Source: Vicugna vicugna (Eukaryota). Taken from it: DNA of 64,000 nt. Shown here one piece after another: positions 10,797 to 25,172 of this stretch. The notes beneath the pieces were generated by a model. It had not been told where the DNA came from. It was given only the letters and a program-made list of their open reading frames with translations, and did not search any database. The stretch covers positions 2,891,003-2,955,002 of the forward strand of contig MU058065.1 in assembly GCA_013265495.1 (NCBI GenBank), given 5' to 3'. Position numbers and translations under genes: made by a program. Positions within the stretch are counted from its first letter, which is position 1; each line of letters opens with the position of its first letter.

Positions 10797-10822
10797 GTGT
10801 GTGTGTGTGTGTGTGTGTGTGT
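10797..10822. repeat. (GT)n microsatellite
   Basis: Directly visible, (GT)13. Confidence 0.95.
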
Positions 10823-10989
10823 ACCACAGTTACATTTTCATGATCGTAGTCTTATGGTGAGACTAGTGCATGCATCTTCTCTAAAGTGTGAGGATTTGGT
10901 CTGTAGCCCTTGGGGGATTTTTCTGAAAACCTGAGGTTTTTCCTTCCTGATGGTCCTCAAAATTAGTAAGTTTTATAACTTCTCTTGAA

Positions 10990-11175
10990 TATCTGTTAAT
11001 TCTTCTAACAGCTTTCCAGATATTACTGTTTTTATTCCCATTTTACAGATGAGGAGACTAAGACACAGAGTTAACTCACTTTCCTATGCCTCCACAAATG
11101 ACAGTGATAGATTTGCAAATCCAGGCAAACTCTGGATCCTGTACCCTTAAGAATAAGGGTAATGTTACACATTGA
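10990..11175 (-). mobile_element. MIR SINE
   Basis: ttcccattttacagatgaggagactaagacacagag core. Confidence 0.75.
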
Positions 11176-11649
11176 GTGAAAGAACGGTTCTCTCCACCTG
11201 CTCTGAGTATATAGCAGGATATCCACTCTGTTCCCAGAATATCTCAGGCACAAAATAAGTGATCCTTCTCTGGAAAACCTGAATGGCCCTAGATAGAAGT
11301 TCCCTATAGAAGGGAAAACTGGCCAATGAATAACCTTGCAGTTGGTTAGCTCTGCCCAAGTACACAGACCTATAAATCAGTGTTGTAGACTTCACTCTTA
11401 AATATGAACAGATAACCAGATCACTAAGTATTTGAAATACACAAATGTGAAAGAAAAATGTAAAGAAATGGAAAAAAAAGACATGGAACAATGTCAGTAT
11501 TCCAACCAGAAGAACACTTCAAAGTGTAATTAATATTCTCAGAGTGATAAGAAGACGTTGCTTCCATAAAGCAAAACTGAAGTGACATATGAAAGGAATG
11601 ATCACACCAAACAATGTGAAAAATATATACAACCCAGTAGAAGAGAAAC

Positions 11650-12440
11650 CAAAAATGATAAACCAGTGAATTATGAAAAGAGGACTACAGAAATGGTTAA
11701 TATCACTAGTTGTGAGAGAAATGAGAATTAAAACTATTCTTCAATTCAAGTTCACAATAATTAAGTTGGAGAAAATTTAGAATTCTGACAATATTAAGCG
11801 TTTGCAAGGACACAGAGTGACACAAGCTCTGACAAAGGGAGAGTAAATGTTTAAACCACCTTTTGTAAGCAATGCTTTGCCAAGTGGTAGATAAGTGTAT
11901 CTTATGACTAGCAACACTACTCTTAGGTCTGAATCCCAGAAAAACTCTTGAACGTGTATATAAGTAGCCTTGTACAAGAATGTGGTGGAATTGCTTGAAA
12001 TAACAACAACAACAAAATACCCATTAAGAGGAATGTGGATCAGTAAAATGTAGTATAGCCATACAATGGGAACTACAAGAATGAATAGATGAGTTCCATG
12101 TATCATCATGAATTGGCCTCACAAACACAATTTTGAGCAAAAAAAGCAAGTTATATGGCAATTCTTACAGTATGATGCCATTCATGTAAAATTTTAAGAC
12201 TATAAAACAATATGTAGGGGGAAAATGTAGTAAAACCATACAAATCTACATGGCAATGATAATCACCAATACAGTTACTTCTGGAAAGGAGAGGGAGGCA
12301 TTGTAATTGGGAAATTATTAACAAGGGGCTTCAACTCTGTTTGTAGTGATTATTTTTAAGAATTAGGAGCACAGGATAGCTTACTTATTGTTTTTCTCTA
12401 TGCCACTTTACGTGTCTGAAAGATTTTTTTAAATAAACAA
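11650..12440 (+). mobile_element. Old L1 (L1ME-like) 3' region
   Basis: gagaaatgagaattaaaacta..., tagtatagccatacaatgggaactac, ttacagtatgatgccattcatgtaaaa motifs of old L1 3' ends. Confidence 0.65.
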
Positions 12441-12449
12441 TTATAAACT

Positions 12450-13420
12450 AAGAAAAATCTGGAAACTAAAATAATATAATAAACAAAACTTTAAATAGAA
12501 GGATCAGAATATAAGATGAAGATGATCTTTCATAAAATAGAATAGAAAAATAAAGATATTGATGTTTTTAAAGCTTAAAACATTGAAAGTAGAGACAAAG
12601 TCCAACATCTGACTAACAGGAATTTGAGAAATGAAACAGAAATCAAAAGGAAGAATTTATCAAATAGATAATACAAAAAAAAAAAAACTTCTAGAACTGA
12701 AGGACATGCGTCTTCAGAGTAAACAGGTCTGGTGAGGGTCCAGGAAAACGAATGAAAAAAAATCTACACTAAATATATTGTGAAATTTAAGTATATCAAG
12801 GATAAAAATAAAGGTACTAAAATGCCCAGAAAGGAAAGGCAGGTAACATAGAATAAAATTCAGAATTAAAATAGAATTGAACTTCTCAATAGCAAAGCTG
12901 CTTGCTGAAAGATAATTAAACCAGGCCTTCAAATGATTTGCAATTAAAATTTTGTACTGCAGCTATCAATCAAGTGTCCGCATAGAACTGCAAGAACTCA
13001 AAAAGTTAAGTTGGGTGAGAAAAAAAAACTTAGTGAAGCAGCAATCATATTAAAAAGGCAAAATAACGTAACCAAAAATTGTAACACCACGATATTGACA
13101 AGATGTGGGAAAGTGAACTGAGTATATGGGTGGATTAACTGGAGCTAAATCCTCCGCCACCATGACAGAAATCCCAGTAGATAACGTCTAAAATTGAAAA
13201 AAATCATTAAATAGAAAAATATAAGCACTTCATTTCTAAATTTGAAGGACCATTAAAAATAATGAGTCAAAAAGGCCATAAACGTTGTCCTGAGGAGTGG
13301 AACTGGTGAGGAAAAGAATTGCTAAGTTTTTCATTATGAGTTTACTAGCATTATTTCATTATTTTATTTAGCTCTGTGCAGATATCACCCATATGCAAAT
13401 TAAGTTAAATTAAAATTGAT
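12450..13420 (+). mobile_element. HAL1/L1ME ORF1-like decayed element
   Basis: tccaacatctgactaacaggaatt, acttctcaatagcaa ORF1-like motifs; tail gtagataacgtctaaaattgaaaa..aatag..tataagca resembles HAL1. Confidence 0.5.
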
Positions 13421-15819
13421 TAAAACTGTATACCTAGAAAGTTCTGCATATAATTTTAAGGGGTTTACAACAACCTAAAGCACATTCATAGACCACATGG
13501 AGGACCAGGGGCTCCAGGTCAAGGAGAAAATAAAAAGAGGTTTCAGAGGAGGCTGAAGGAGATGGCATAGACAGGTTTGCTTTTGACAAAAAAATGAGCA
13601 TAACTTTAATGATAATGAATGAAAAGGGAGAAGGCTGGATATAGATTCAATATAGATGGCAGAAGTCAAGGGAATCCTCGTCTGAATATGACATCAGGGT
13701 AAAAGTGAAAAATGAAGAGATGGAGGTCTTGAGAGTATAAAAGGAAACCTTGCAATTAGAATTCTCCCCTCTCTTCTGAAACTGGCTTTGTGTTGGTTGC
13801 CCCTTGTGTTATGTTACAACCAGGGTTGCAACACAGAGCAGGCTGGTGAGGATTGAGGCTAAAGCCCCTTTGCGGTAATTTGTCTCCAAAGTCATTGTAG
13901 ATAAACATTCAAATAATCATCTGCAAACAAACCGTTAAAACTATAGGGTCTATACTTTCAAGGCAAGTCCTCTATTCCTCCTCTAAGCCCATCCTATTGA
14001 GAAATTTTGAGAAACCATTAATAATATAAAGCAGATATCAAATATATGTGATCAGGAATCAAATCTCATAATTTGAGCCTCGAGAATGGTGTGAGTTCTG
14101 GATCCCACACAGAGACCACACTCTCCCAGATTCTCCAGTACAATCACATCCTGCTGCTAATGAAACAAAAACTTCAACTGTGAGAAGGGTGCTAGCTAGA
14201 TCTTTGTTACTCGGCCAGTGTAGGCAGCAGGAAAGATCCCAGAGCATGCCCCACCATGTACTGACAAAGCCCTTCTTTGCAGAAGAAGAATGGGTTACCA
14301 TCAGTCAAGGAGCCCCTGAGTAAATCAATCCATCTGAGGGGGCTGTCCGGAGACACTGTGTCCCCTTGGGGAAAAAACCCTGGCCTCTCCTTTAATTGAA
14401 AACTCGTCACCCTCCCAAAGGACAGGAAGTTGAGTTCAGTCTGTTACAAATCTTCATGACACTGATTGAATAAGATAGGAAAACAGCTTCATCCTTGACC
14501 TTTGTCATGATTCTCAGTCGAAATGTTGGATGAATATAAAATCAGCTGAATGGATTAGAAAGTGAATGTGAAAATGAGGGACTGCTCATTACAGGTCATG
14601 CCATATTGAGGAAGGAAATCGCACCCCTTGCTTTTTAAAACTTTATATCCCCCTGTGCTTACACAGGGCCACTAATATTAACTACTAGGGTAGGCAACTG
14701 TCCTTCCTAGGGGGCTGAAATGCCACAAAACTCTGCAAGTTGGATTTGCTGACAGAACTGGCTGGTGAAAAGTGCTGGAGGAGGTGTACTTTTTGAAAAT
14801 CACTGCCACCACGGCTGATGGAAATGCTTAAACATAATACAAACAGCCCTAAAACACAGGTGAACATTAGGAAGCCAAAACAATCTGTCTACTGACTTCA
14901 GTTTCCAAAGGCAGCCATCCAGTTACAGGTTTTAAACTCATTTCACAACTCTTCATTTTTCTGTTCTTGTGGATGGAACTTTCTAAAAAAAATGATGAAT
15001 TTTAATCAGCAAAGGAAAAGATGAATGATTTCAATCTGAGGTCTTACAAAATCGCTTTGAACATGAAAGTGCTAAGTGGAATTTCAAAGGCAGTGAGAGA
15101 AAGAATTTAACAGGTGAATACAAATTTCTTTTTTCCAACACATTCAATCTATAAATATTTATTAAGCTTCTACCAAGTTCCAGTCACTATATTAGGCATT
15201 GTGTTAGTTTCTGGGCAATATGATAAACACTGAATCTATTCTAGAAAACAGGCCAAGAGATTCATAATGGAGAGATTTAACAAACGTTTATATTTCTGCC
15301 ATGCCTTTCTTTGCAGTACTCGTACAAACTCTAGCCCCACAAAGTAAGCAGCTTGGTGATGTCACAGTAGGAAAAACAGGATGCTTAGATATTGATGAGC
15401 TCTTCTCACGCTTGAAATTCTTTTGATCTTAATCTCAATTTCTCCTATAGTAAATTCCACACTGTGACATTTACCTCTTTGTCAAACTGGCTTTGGACGT
15501 GTTCTGCATATAACTCCCAGAGACCCTCTGCTTTCTGATTAGTGTCCACTAATCTTTCAGCACTCTCCTTTGGTTACGAGACTGAGTCTAGAAAAGAGGT
15601 GCAGGAAATGAAAGCCAACTTGGGGACCCAAGGTGGTATTTATGTCTCATTGTTGAGTTCCTTCCCCCAACCCCGCCTCAGTCACCTGATAAAATCCAGC
15701 CCTCTCACTGCTTCCCCTCTTTCTCAGGGATTTACCCCTTTAATGAGGAGCCAAGAGCTGGTCTGACAGCAATCACTGAAGTCTGGTCCTGATGGGGCTC
15801 TGGGGCACTCAGGTACTGA

Positions 15820-16100
15820 AAAAAGAACTAGAGTTTGGAGTGACCCAGGCTTGTCTTGAATTCTAGTTCTGTTTATTGCTGGCTGTATAATTCTGGGTGA
15901 GCCAGTTAACCTCTCTGAGACACTATTCTCATTTGTAAACTGTGAATAACAACTGTGGATAGCAACAATGGTTTGTTGTAAACATCAACAGCACGAACGG
16001 TTTGCTGTTGTTAACATCTCTTAATGGGATATTAACATGACTTAATAAGTCAATACACTTGAAGCGACTATCACAGTGCTGAACTCATAGCAGTTTCTCC
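15820..16100 (+). mobile_element. MIR SINE
   Basis: ctggctgtataattctgggtgagccagttaacctctctgagac..tctcatttgtaaa. Confidence 0.65.
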
Positions 16101-16279
16101 GAGTTTCCTTTCCTTTCATTCCCCGCTTGTCCCTTCTCTTGATGCCAGCAGCTTCCTTGGGCATCAGGAGCCTCTTCACCATGAGGCAGGTGTACCCAGC
16201 AGCCTGTATGTTTCTCTGTCCTCCTTTTAGTTCTTCTCTTCCTCTTGGAGCCTAGATCAGTCACTTCGAGATTCTAATC

Positions 16280-17440
16280 TTTTTTTGTAATATATGTAAC
16301 AACTATATTGAGATATGATTTACACTCAAATCGACCATTTAACGTGTACCATTCAATGGTTCATAGTATATTCAAAGACATGTACAACCATCACTGTAGT
16401 CAGTTTTAGAATATTTATATCACCTCAAAAAGAAACCCCTTATTGGTCGTTCCCCATTTCCTCCCCAGGCCCCTTTCCCTAGACAATCATTAATCTACTT
16501 TCGGTCTCTGTAGATTTACCTATTATAGACATTTCATACAAGTGGAATCAAATAATATGTGGTGGTTTTTAACTGATTTCTTTCATTTAGCATAATGTTT
16601 CAAAGTTCCTCCAAGTTGAAGCATATATCAGTACTTCATTACTTTTTATTACCCAACACTACTCCATTGTATGGATATACCACACCTGTTTATTCATTCA
16701 TCAGTTGATGAACATTGAGTTCTTTCAACTTCTCAGCTATTATAAAAAAATATTACTCTGAACATTCATGTACAAGACTTTGCATGGGGAGTTTGAGATT
16801 TGCAAATGTTAGCCACTAAATATAAAAATAGATTTTAAAAAAGAAGTTTCTTCTGTATAGCACAGGGAACTATATTCAATATCTTGTAATAACCTTTAAT
16901 GAAAAAGAATATGAAAATGAATATACGTATGTATATGCATGACTGGGACATTGTGCTGTACACCAGGAATTGACACATTCTAACTGACTGTACTTTAATT
17001 TAAAAAAAAAGATTTTGTATGGACATATGTGTTCATTTCTCTTGGATGTATACTTAGAAGTGGAATAGCTAGGTCATATAACTGTTTCAGCCTTTTTAGG
17101 GACAGTCTCTGTTTTTCAAAACAGCCACACCATTTTACATTTCTATCAAAAGAGTATGAGTGTTCGAATTTTTCTACATCCTTCCCAACATGTTACTGTA
17201 TTTTTTATTACAGACATTCTAATGAGTGAAAAGTGGTATCTCATGTGGTTTGGATTTGCACTTCTCAGATGTTGAGCATCTTTTCATGGACTTATCAGCC
17301 ATTTATATATCTGCTCTGTATAAATGTCTACTCAGATCCTTTACCCATTTTTAATTTGATTTCTTGTCTTTATATCTTTGAATCATAAAGAATCCTTTAT
17401 ATATGCTACATACAGCTCCCGAATCAGATATATAATTTTC
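16280..17440 (-). mobile_element. L1MA/MB-like 3' end (host of a younger L1)
   Basis: tattgagatatgatttacac...atttcatacaagtggaatca...gttgagcatcttttcatg; continuous across the nested insertion. Confidence 0.85.
16788..17008 (+). mobile_element. Lineage-type L1 3' end nested in older L1
   Basis: ctgtatagcacagggaactatattcaatatcttgtaataacc; poly(A); TSD aagactttgcatgg (16774-16787) / aagattttgtatgg (17009-17022). Confidence 0.9.
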
Positions 17441-19059
17441 AATTCTGCAGTCAGAAATCCTCAGTATCAAATGATGATTCTGCATTTTAATATGTGTCCC
17501 TGAGCAAGTTAAATACCTTTTATGATTTTCACAATCTGTAATAGCAAGTTTAACAATTTTATCTATCTCATTGTTCAGTTACTGAAAAAATAAAATTGAG
17601 TGATTTAAGGCATGAAAACCTTTATGGTCAGTGGAAGCTGGATACTATAATAATAATTATTACTACTTCCCCTTAACTAACGTTCTGCTTTTTCTCCTCC
17701 TATTCCAAGAATCCTGGCCATAAAACGTGTTGCCTATGTTTCCTCAGCCATAACTTAAAAATAAAAGGACTGCCTATTTCCTCTCAGTTATGTCACAGAA
17801 TCCTCAGGGGGTGCTCACGAATAGTATTCTTAGTTGTATTATGACGGCTGCCATTTCCCATCTCCCCTGTTCTGACCCTTTTGACTCATCTCATCCTCTG
17901 TTCCCCAGGCTTGTCATCAGAGGTGTCCATGCTAAGAGAGCTGTCTTCCTTGTCCCCAGAGCTGTCAGACCTGTCCTCCATGCTCACACTGCATGCCTGT
18001 CAGGTGACCTAGGTGCTCTGTCAGAAACATGAGCATGGATGGTGCAGTTAAACTCTTAAACATTGGTAACCCTCCACCCACCCCTCATCCAGCCTTACTT
18101 GCTCATCTCCTACAGATACCCCAACCACTGAATCACTGACATTAGTTGCCCCAGGGTGAGAGCAGGTGCATCCTGTAACCAGGGGTGGGGGGCAATTTTC
18201 AAAGGGATCAGTGGAAAAACTGACTTCTTAAATCTATTAGCAAATAGTATTCCAGAAATGCAGATTTTCTAAATGCCCCTTCATATCATGAGCAAAACCT
18301 AGAAACCTGACCACAGAGTTTAATAAAGGCTGTCTTGCATATAGGAATTTTTTTAATGGCATAAGAACAGCCAAAGTCCATTATTTACTCAGATGCTGTG
18401 CCACAAAACGTCTTACACTGTTTTGTAAAGGAAGCTGAATTCATGACCTAGTGACTTATACAAACAGCTTCAGGGCTAACTAAACAGCTCAGGCCAAGTT
18501 CCCAAGTAGTATTTAATCTAATTATACCCTGGTGTTTGTAACATGGGATAGATTCCTCTGTTGGGTTTTCCTGCCTCTCAAGCTGGACTTCACAATTCCT
18601 CCTCCATTGTCGTTTGACATAAATAAAAATTCTATTGTTATCAAATTGTTTTACTGCGGAGCCTCTCTCTGTCCAAAGGAAATGCAAACTTCTGTGTTTC
18701 AGTGTATTTGAAGCATATTTGTTTTTGAAGCATATTTGAATAACTGTCAGAAGTTATAAAACATTAGATACTTCATGGATAATACCTATTGGTAATCACT
18801 TCAGATATAACTGAGGGCAAAAACATGATTTTTTTTCTCTTTTCCCATCTTAGAATAATTGTTTTGTTTATAACTCACTATAAAAACTCAGTACAATGTC
18901 TAATATTTTGAGATATTGTTTGAATGTTGTTCCTGTATCCCTGCCAACACTGTTTATAACACAATTGAAATAAATAAACATGCCTTTGACCATTTCTAAA
19001 CCTAAAAACAGAACTTAGAGCCTTTTTCTTTCATATGGAATTTTTTAAGTTTTCAAGAT

Positions 19060-19650
19060 CTTTGACATAAATGTTTGAATCAAGAAACTAGAAAAAAACC
19101 AGCAAAGTAATTCAAAATAAAGTAGAATAGAAGAGATAAACACAATAGGGCAGAAATAAGTAAAATAGAAACTTTTTAAAAATAGTATGTATTTTTTAAA
19201 CTAGGTGGGGTTTTTTGAAAGATATAATATAGAAAAGTCTCTGGTAAAATTACACAAGGGAAAAAGACTCGAACAATTTTGGAATAAAAAAATGTGTCAA
19301 AATACAGACACAATAGACAATTTTAAAATAATGAGATTAGTCTGAAAGACTATAGTTCAGTGCTTTACAAAACTTAAATGAAATAAAATAGTTTTAAAAT
19401 AGACACTAATGAAATTGATTTAAGAAGAGTCAGAAAACCCAGTTTTCCAGAAATAATCAAGTAAATTGGATCAGCAGTCAGAAAACAACTCCCAAAAGGC
19501 ACTAAGTCTAGAAGGTTTAAGAGAAGATTTTCAGCAAGGAAGATAATTTTTCAACCATAATTTTTCAAACTTACACAAACTATACCAGCAAAGAGAAGAA
19601 GAGGAGGATATACAAAATGCATTTCATGTAGGTGGTATATTCCTCAATAT
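19060..19650 (+). mobile_element. Decayed L1 ORF2 fragment
   Basis: caagaaactagaaaa...gcagaaataagtaaaatagaa...ttttttgaaagat..aaagtctctgg resembles the ORF2 'WFFEKINKIDKPLA' region; frames broken. Confidence 0.65.
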
Positions 19651-20159
19651 TCCTGTTGCAGTCATGAAAAAATTATACTTCACAGAATTAACATTATCTG
19701 TACAAGGAAAGCCTACATTTTCTGCCTATTCAAACTCTATTTAGTAACATTTTATTCTCAAAAGCATTGATGCTTTTCTACTTCAATTTTTTAAAAAGCC
19801 TATTTTTCCTAAAGCTGAAAATACTGACATTAGGAAAAGCAGAATCTCAAAGAAAGGACAAGAAAAAGATCATCTGAGATTTTTCCCAAAATCATTATAT
19901 CAGTTTTCACTCCCATCAACAGTAATGAAGTTCCTATTATTTCACATTCTTACTAGTCTTGGGTGATCTGAGCAAATCACTTAACCGGAGTTATCAGGTG
20001 AGGAGTATTTCATTGTGGTTCTAACCCTGCCTTATTCATTAGCAGAAATGATGCTGGGATTTAAAATCTGTGGACTGCAGATTACTCCATGCTTTTCCCA
20101 GATACAGCAGCAACATGTTAAATAAGAGCAAAAGAGATGAGAAACTTAAAAATTAAGAG

Positions 20160-20350
20160 GATGGAAGCTAATGTTCGGGAAGCACCATGTTTCATGGGTT
20201 GCTGGTTTACTTGTATGATTGCAGGAAATCCTCATACATCCTTGTAAGTGCGATGTAGAAATCCCCATTTTAACAGAAAAGGAAACTGATACTCGAAGAG
20301 ATTAAGAACCTCCCAAGGTCAATGGTATCAGCGTTTTCTTTCCACTATCA
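20160..20350 (-). mobile_element. MIR SINE
   Basis: atccccattttaacagaaaaggaaactgatactc..aagattaagaacctcccaaggtca. Confidence 0.65.
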
Positions 20351-22517
20351 CACTGGCTCTAACACTAAAGATCATCCTTTTATAACGTTTCCGCCTACAG
20401 GAAATCCTTAATACATTTCAGCTGGTGTTTTTATTAAGTGAATTGAGATTGTTACGGTAATATCCAAATTTTTCTTTTTATCTTAGAACTGAAGTTACAA
20501 GAAATATGAAGTTCTTTACAAAAAGAAAACTAGAATTCAGTTCTTCCTGGTTAATTTCAATGCAGACAGTTATCACAGGAAGGTGAATTCAGATGTTGAC
20601 ACATCTTTGATTAGGTATTTTCCATGTTTTCTTGTATTCCTAAGTTTTGATCAAGTCTCAGATGCTCAATTTTAGAATTATGCCCTCAGGCAGCTCATTA
20701 ATCAATTATAAATGTTAGAGGTATGTACTTAATAATCAATGTTTTCTAATGTATACAAATATCAGATAAAACATATAACAGAGCAGTAAGTAGAATAAGG
20801 CTATATCTAACATGCTGCACCATTCTAGCCTTGTGCAAGAATATAAGGATTCTAATCTTACTTTGTAATTCTTTTATTGTTACTCCAAAAAAGACAAAAA
20901 TGGCAAAATATATTTATCAAAGTGAAAGAAATTAGAAACCATTGTTGAAGAAGCTGAGAATAAACATGAGAATATTGTCTGGCTTTTATAACAACTGATT
21001 TGCAAAGTTTGCTTTGCAACCCTCATTTCCTAGAATTAATTTCCATTATAAATGTAAGCAATATGAGGCCATGGTGCTCCTGTTTTAGAGACTGAAATCC
21101 ATTTCCCCAGAAATTGCAATTGTAGCTTTAATCGCATGAAGATCTTTTTCATGTATTTCACTGCTTTAATATTTGGGCCTATGTTTTAATGTTTTTGTTC
21201 TTTATGTAAGATTTTCATTTATCAGTTTCTGGGAATAAAAATCTCTAGGGAATTTGCTGCTGGAACTTCTTGTGACTGGCTGGTTTCTTTGCTCAGATTT
21301 GCTACAAGGTTGATGAAATCATCAGAATCATTGTTTTTTCTTTTATTATAAAATTTCTAAACTTTGATATTCCACACACTAGTCTAAAGTCCTCCATGTG
21401 AGTAGTTAGGTATCTAAGTGTAGATTCTCTACTGAAATAAATCAGAAATTAAATGTGCATTAAATATTAAATAATTGAAGATTTATGGCTAGCTGTTAAG
21501 TATTTATCTTAAATAATCCACAATTAAAAATGAAATTAAAATCCTGTGCAGATCCTTCATAACGATCATCAAGAAAATTTGGTGTTTGAATAGTCCCCCT
21601 TTCTGCTACAGCAAAATCTATGCAAAGGTTTACAGGCACACAGGTCTGCCCTCAAGGCCCCAGAATAGAAAACACAGGCTGACATGTAGAGGTAACAAGG
21701 AGAATGAAAATGACTTAGGCAGATTTTACTATTTCTGAGCCCAACAAAGAGTGGCAGACAGGATCTGAAGAGTGGGATCTCCTAGTATTTTTATTTCGAT
21801 GGGAAGGATGTCTCCAGCCATTCCATCACTCAAAAGAGCCCATCCATACTCTTAGGTTGATATAATAAAAATTAATAAATCTAAGGAATAAAGAGGTTGG
21901 GGTGTCACGGATCTCGTTCATTAAAACCATCTCTCTCTGTAGTCCCACCTACAAAATAAATTTGAAGACAGAGATTACGTCTACTTGTCATAAAACATAT
22001 TTTCCCCCAAGAAAGTTCTTCAATAATTTCTTTAAATACTCTCTTAGTTTACTTTTGTACAATTTGTTCAGTCAGTAAGCTCATATTACTCATCTTACTA
22101 ATCATAAGATTAGAGGAACAGGACATTGCAATATTGTCATCAATTTCAAGTTAGCTGTTCCACTAAATAAACACATTCTAATAGGAAGAACTAACCTAAC
22201 CCTGGTTGAATTGTGGACCAAAATCCCGTTTACATGGTCAGGATGCTTGTCTAGATCAGAATCTAAATCCTCAAGAATAAAATTTAACCATGTTTGGTTA
22301 AGTTTGAATATCAAAGGATCCAAATACCATTATGCAGCAATAAAAATATGCAGTGACATCTTAGAACATCAAAGCAAGCATTCTGAGATGACGTATAAAA
22401 GAATGAAAAAGGAATTTCAGGACTTGATAGTCTGCCGATTTTCTGTGCGTAGCATTCTTCATAATTTGAATTTTCAAGATTTCCTCATAAGCAAATGACT
22501 TGAAATGAATCAGAAAA

Positions 22518-22580
22518 TTACATATATATGTATAGATATAGGTGTGTATATATATGTGTATATATATATATATATATATG
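22518..22580. repeat. (TA)n/(TG) microsatellite
   Basis: Directly visible. Confidence 0.9.
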
Positions 22581-23085
22581 TAGGTATAAATAAATTGCCT
22601 TTCTCATAGTTACATAGAGAAGGAATTCTTTTATCAGTTTTTCCTAGGCTAAATTAACTCTCCATTTCATTTCTGCTTTTCAAAGACCAATGTGTGCACA
22701 TTGGATGTTAGGAAGAACACTGGCATAGCAGTCAGGATTTCAGGATACTGAGCTCTATTCCAGTTCCAGCTCTGCACTGGTCAGTCAGCTGTGGGACAGC
22801 TGTTGGGGCAATTGAATTTTCTGCCCCTCAGTTTTCTCACTAATAAAGAGGTTGAATCACTGGCTCTAACTCTTCTCAATCCTTGGCGTGTTCTTGGGTT
22901 ACTGAATCCATCCCCCCAGCGCTGAGGTGAGCATGTAAACCCACAGGTGTGTAGATGTTCCTTCTCTCTGAGTACAAAATGCGACCAACCCCAGACCCTC
23001 GTCCAGCCGTGCCTCTGACTGGACAGACAGCCATTAGTCCACTCGAATTCTGTCATCAAAAAATCTTGAAAAATAACAACACACT

Positions 23086-23132
23086 TTGTGCTCTACACCA
23101 GAAATTGACACATTGTAACTGACTATATGTCA

Positions 23133-23160
<28 letters not shown>
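23086..23160 (+). mobile_element. Very short L1 3' tail with (TAAA)n
   Basis: ttgtgctctacaccagaaattgacacattgtaactgactata plus (TAAA)n; flanked by aacacact on both sides. Confidence 0.8.
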
Positions 23161-23163
<3 letters not shown>

Positions 23164-23582
23164 CACACTGCTGTAGATTTTATCGAAGAGACACAACATG
23201 AGGAAGTTTTATAAAAAATCCACTCTAAACATCTCTCCTTTACCTTAACATCTTTTACCACGTAGCAATTGCTTCCCTCTCTGATCTTTTCCCACATAGC
23301 TCCCTTGTTTCTTCCACATCTTTCTGTGTAGCTTTAGCCACTTTCCAAGAGTTCATGCTCTCAACCCATGCATATCCTCAAAGAAGAAGTCCTTCCATAA
23401 GTTTGCTCCACCTCCTCTTTTCTCTTGATGAGCAACACTAAATTCTAATGAATAAAAATGTCCCATCTCCTTGGATCTATACGAAGACCTCTATGTCTTA
23501 TGTCTGTCTACATGGATGCTATTAGGATGATGTGGCCCCTTTGAAACCCTTTTTACCTGGAAAGCTCCAAGTGAAGCACTTA

Positions 23583-23974
23583 TGTTGGAGGAGGTCATGG
23601 ACAGGACACGACCACTGGTTGACCTGAGAGTTGGACCCAGCCAGTCAGAAGCTCCTTATCCCTCCCCTGTCCTAGGAATGTACATTCTGCCCACCATTCC
23701 CACAGTGGCAGCTTTTCTAAAGACATGGCCTTGAGAGAGAATGGTGCTGTTAAGACCACCTGGATTGAATACATGGTTGAACCCAGTTAAGGCCTATATA
23801 TAAACTTGTAAGATTTTGGCAGTGGGGCGTGGAGGTCTACTCATCCTGCAGCCACCCAAGACAAGCCCCATAAGCTTCCTTGCTTATTAAATCTGCCCCT
23901 CACCAATCTGGAGTATTCTGCCTCTCTCTTCAGTCTCTCCTTGCCCTTTGTTATGGGTTATTCTAAAACAAACA
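23583..23974 (+). mobile_element. ERV1-class solo LTR (392 bp)
   Basis: TG...CA termini; exact 4-bp TSD ctta (23579-23582 / 23975-23978); TATA-like tatatataaa at about 23795; ATTAAA at about 23886. Confidence 0.75.
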
Positions 23975-24604
23975 CTTACTTGAAGTTTCTGCTCCCAAGA
24001 TTAGTTCGATGTGACAAGATCTGCTGTCTTAATAAAAACCATGTCCTGAGTCCTGAACAAAGGAGCAAACTTGTATCTACTGAGAAACAAAAGAGTTGTT
24101 AACACTTTAATTTTGATTCTGTTTTTGATTGGACATAAGTGGCCAGTCCCATCATACCTAAAAAAACAAATACCTAAATTAAGATCTGGTGATTCTGTGT
24201 ACACAGATGTCACCCCACACAACTACCACCCTTTGTGATCTCTGCAAGCATATAAAGTTCTACTGAAATTCACCTAAAATTCCAGATGACATGTACTCAT
24301 TTGGAAATATTTCAGCTGTCTATGTTTTAGGAGATTGAATTTCATGACAAATTCAACTTAAGATATTCAGGTGTATCATCTTTTGTCTACTCAGTTTTAT
24401 CTTAGTCTAAATCCTTCAGTTAAGGAAACTGAAACCACTGAGATGTGATTTCAAATAATTTCTAAGTTAGAAGAGTATTTGATACTATCAGTTCTCTTCT
24501 ATGATTTTGTGAAACAGATCACTGAACGAAAAACTTCAAATAGAAGAGGCAAAACCGACCTCCTTTTGTTCAGCTTCTAACGTACCATCTGGCACATAGT
24601 TCTT

Positions 24605-25172
24605 TCTTTTTTAACTGAGTATAGTCAGTTTACAATGTTGTGTCAATTTCCAGTGTAGAGCACAATTTTTCAGTTATACATGAACATACATATATTCATT
24701 GTTGCATTCTTTTTCACCATGAGCTACCACAAGATCTTGTATATATTTCCCTGTGCTATATAGTATAATCTTGTTTATCTATTCTATATATACTGTCAGT
24801 GTCTACAAATTTCGAACTCCCAGTCTGTCCCTTCTCACCTCCCCTCCTCCCTGGAAACCACGAGTTTGTATTCTATGTCTATGAGTCTGTTTCTATTTTG
24901 TATTTATGTTCATTTGTCTTTTTCTTTCTTTCTTTTTTTCTTCTTTTCTTTTTTTATATTCCACATATGTGCACTCTCATATGGTATTTTTCTTTCTTTT
25001 TCTAGCTTACTTCACTTAGAATGACATTCTCCAGGGACCTCCATGTTGCTTCAAATGGTGTTATGTTGTCGTTTTTCATGGCTAAATAGTATTTCATTGT
25101 ATAAATATACCACATCTTCTTTATCCAGTCATCTATCGATGGACATTTAGGCTATTTCCATGTCTTGCCTAT
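24605..25172 (-). mobile_element. Lineage-type L1 3' end inserted in an L2 tail
   Basis: T-rich tail at left; TSD tggcacatagt(t/c)ctt (24590-24604 / 25173-25187); L2 tail resumes as taataaatatttgctaaatgaat. Confidence 0.9.

Noticed and set aside
22079..22498. Stop-free frame of 139 codons in AT-rich unique DNA
   Set aside because: No early ATG, no recognisable homology and no convincing flanking splice sites; compatible with chance, though a tblastn or PhyloCSF check would be cheap.
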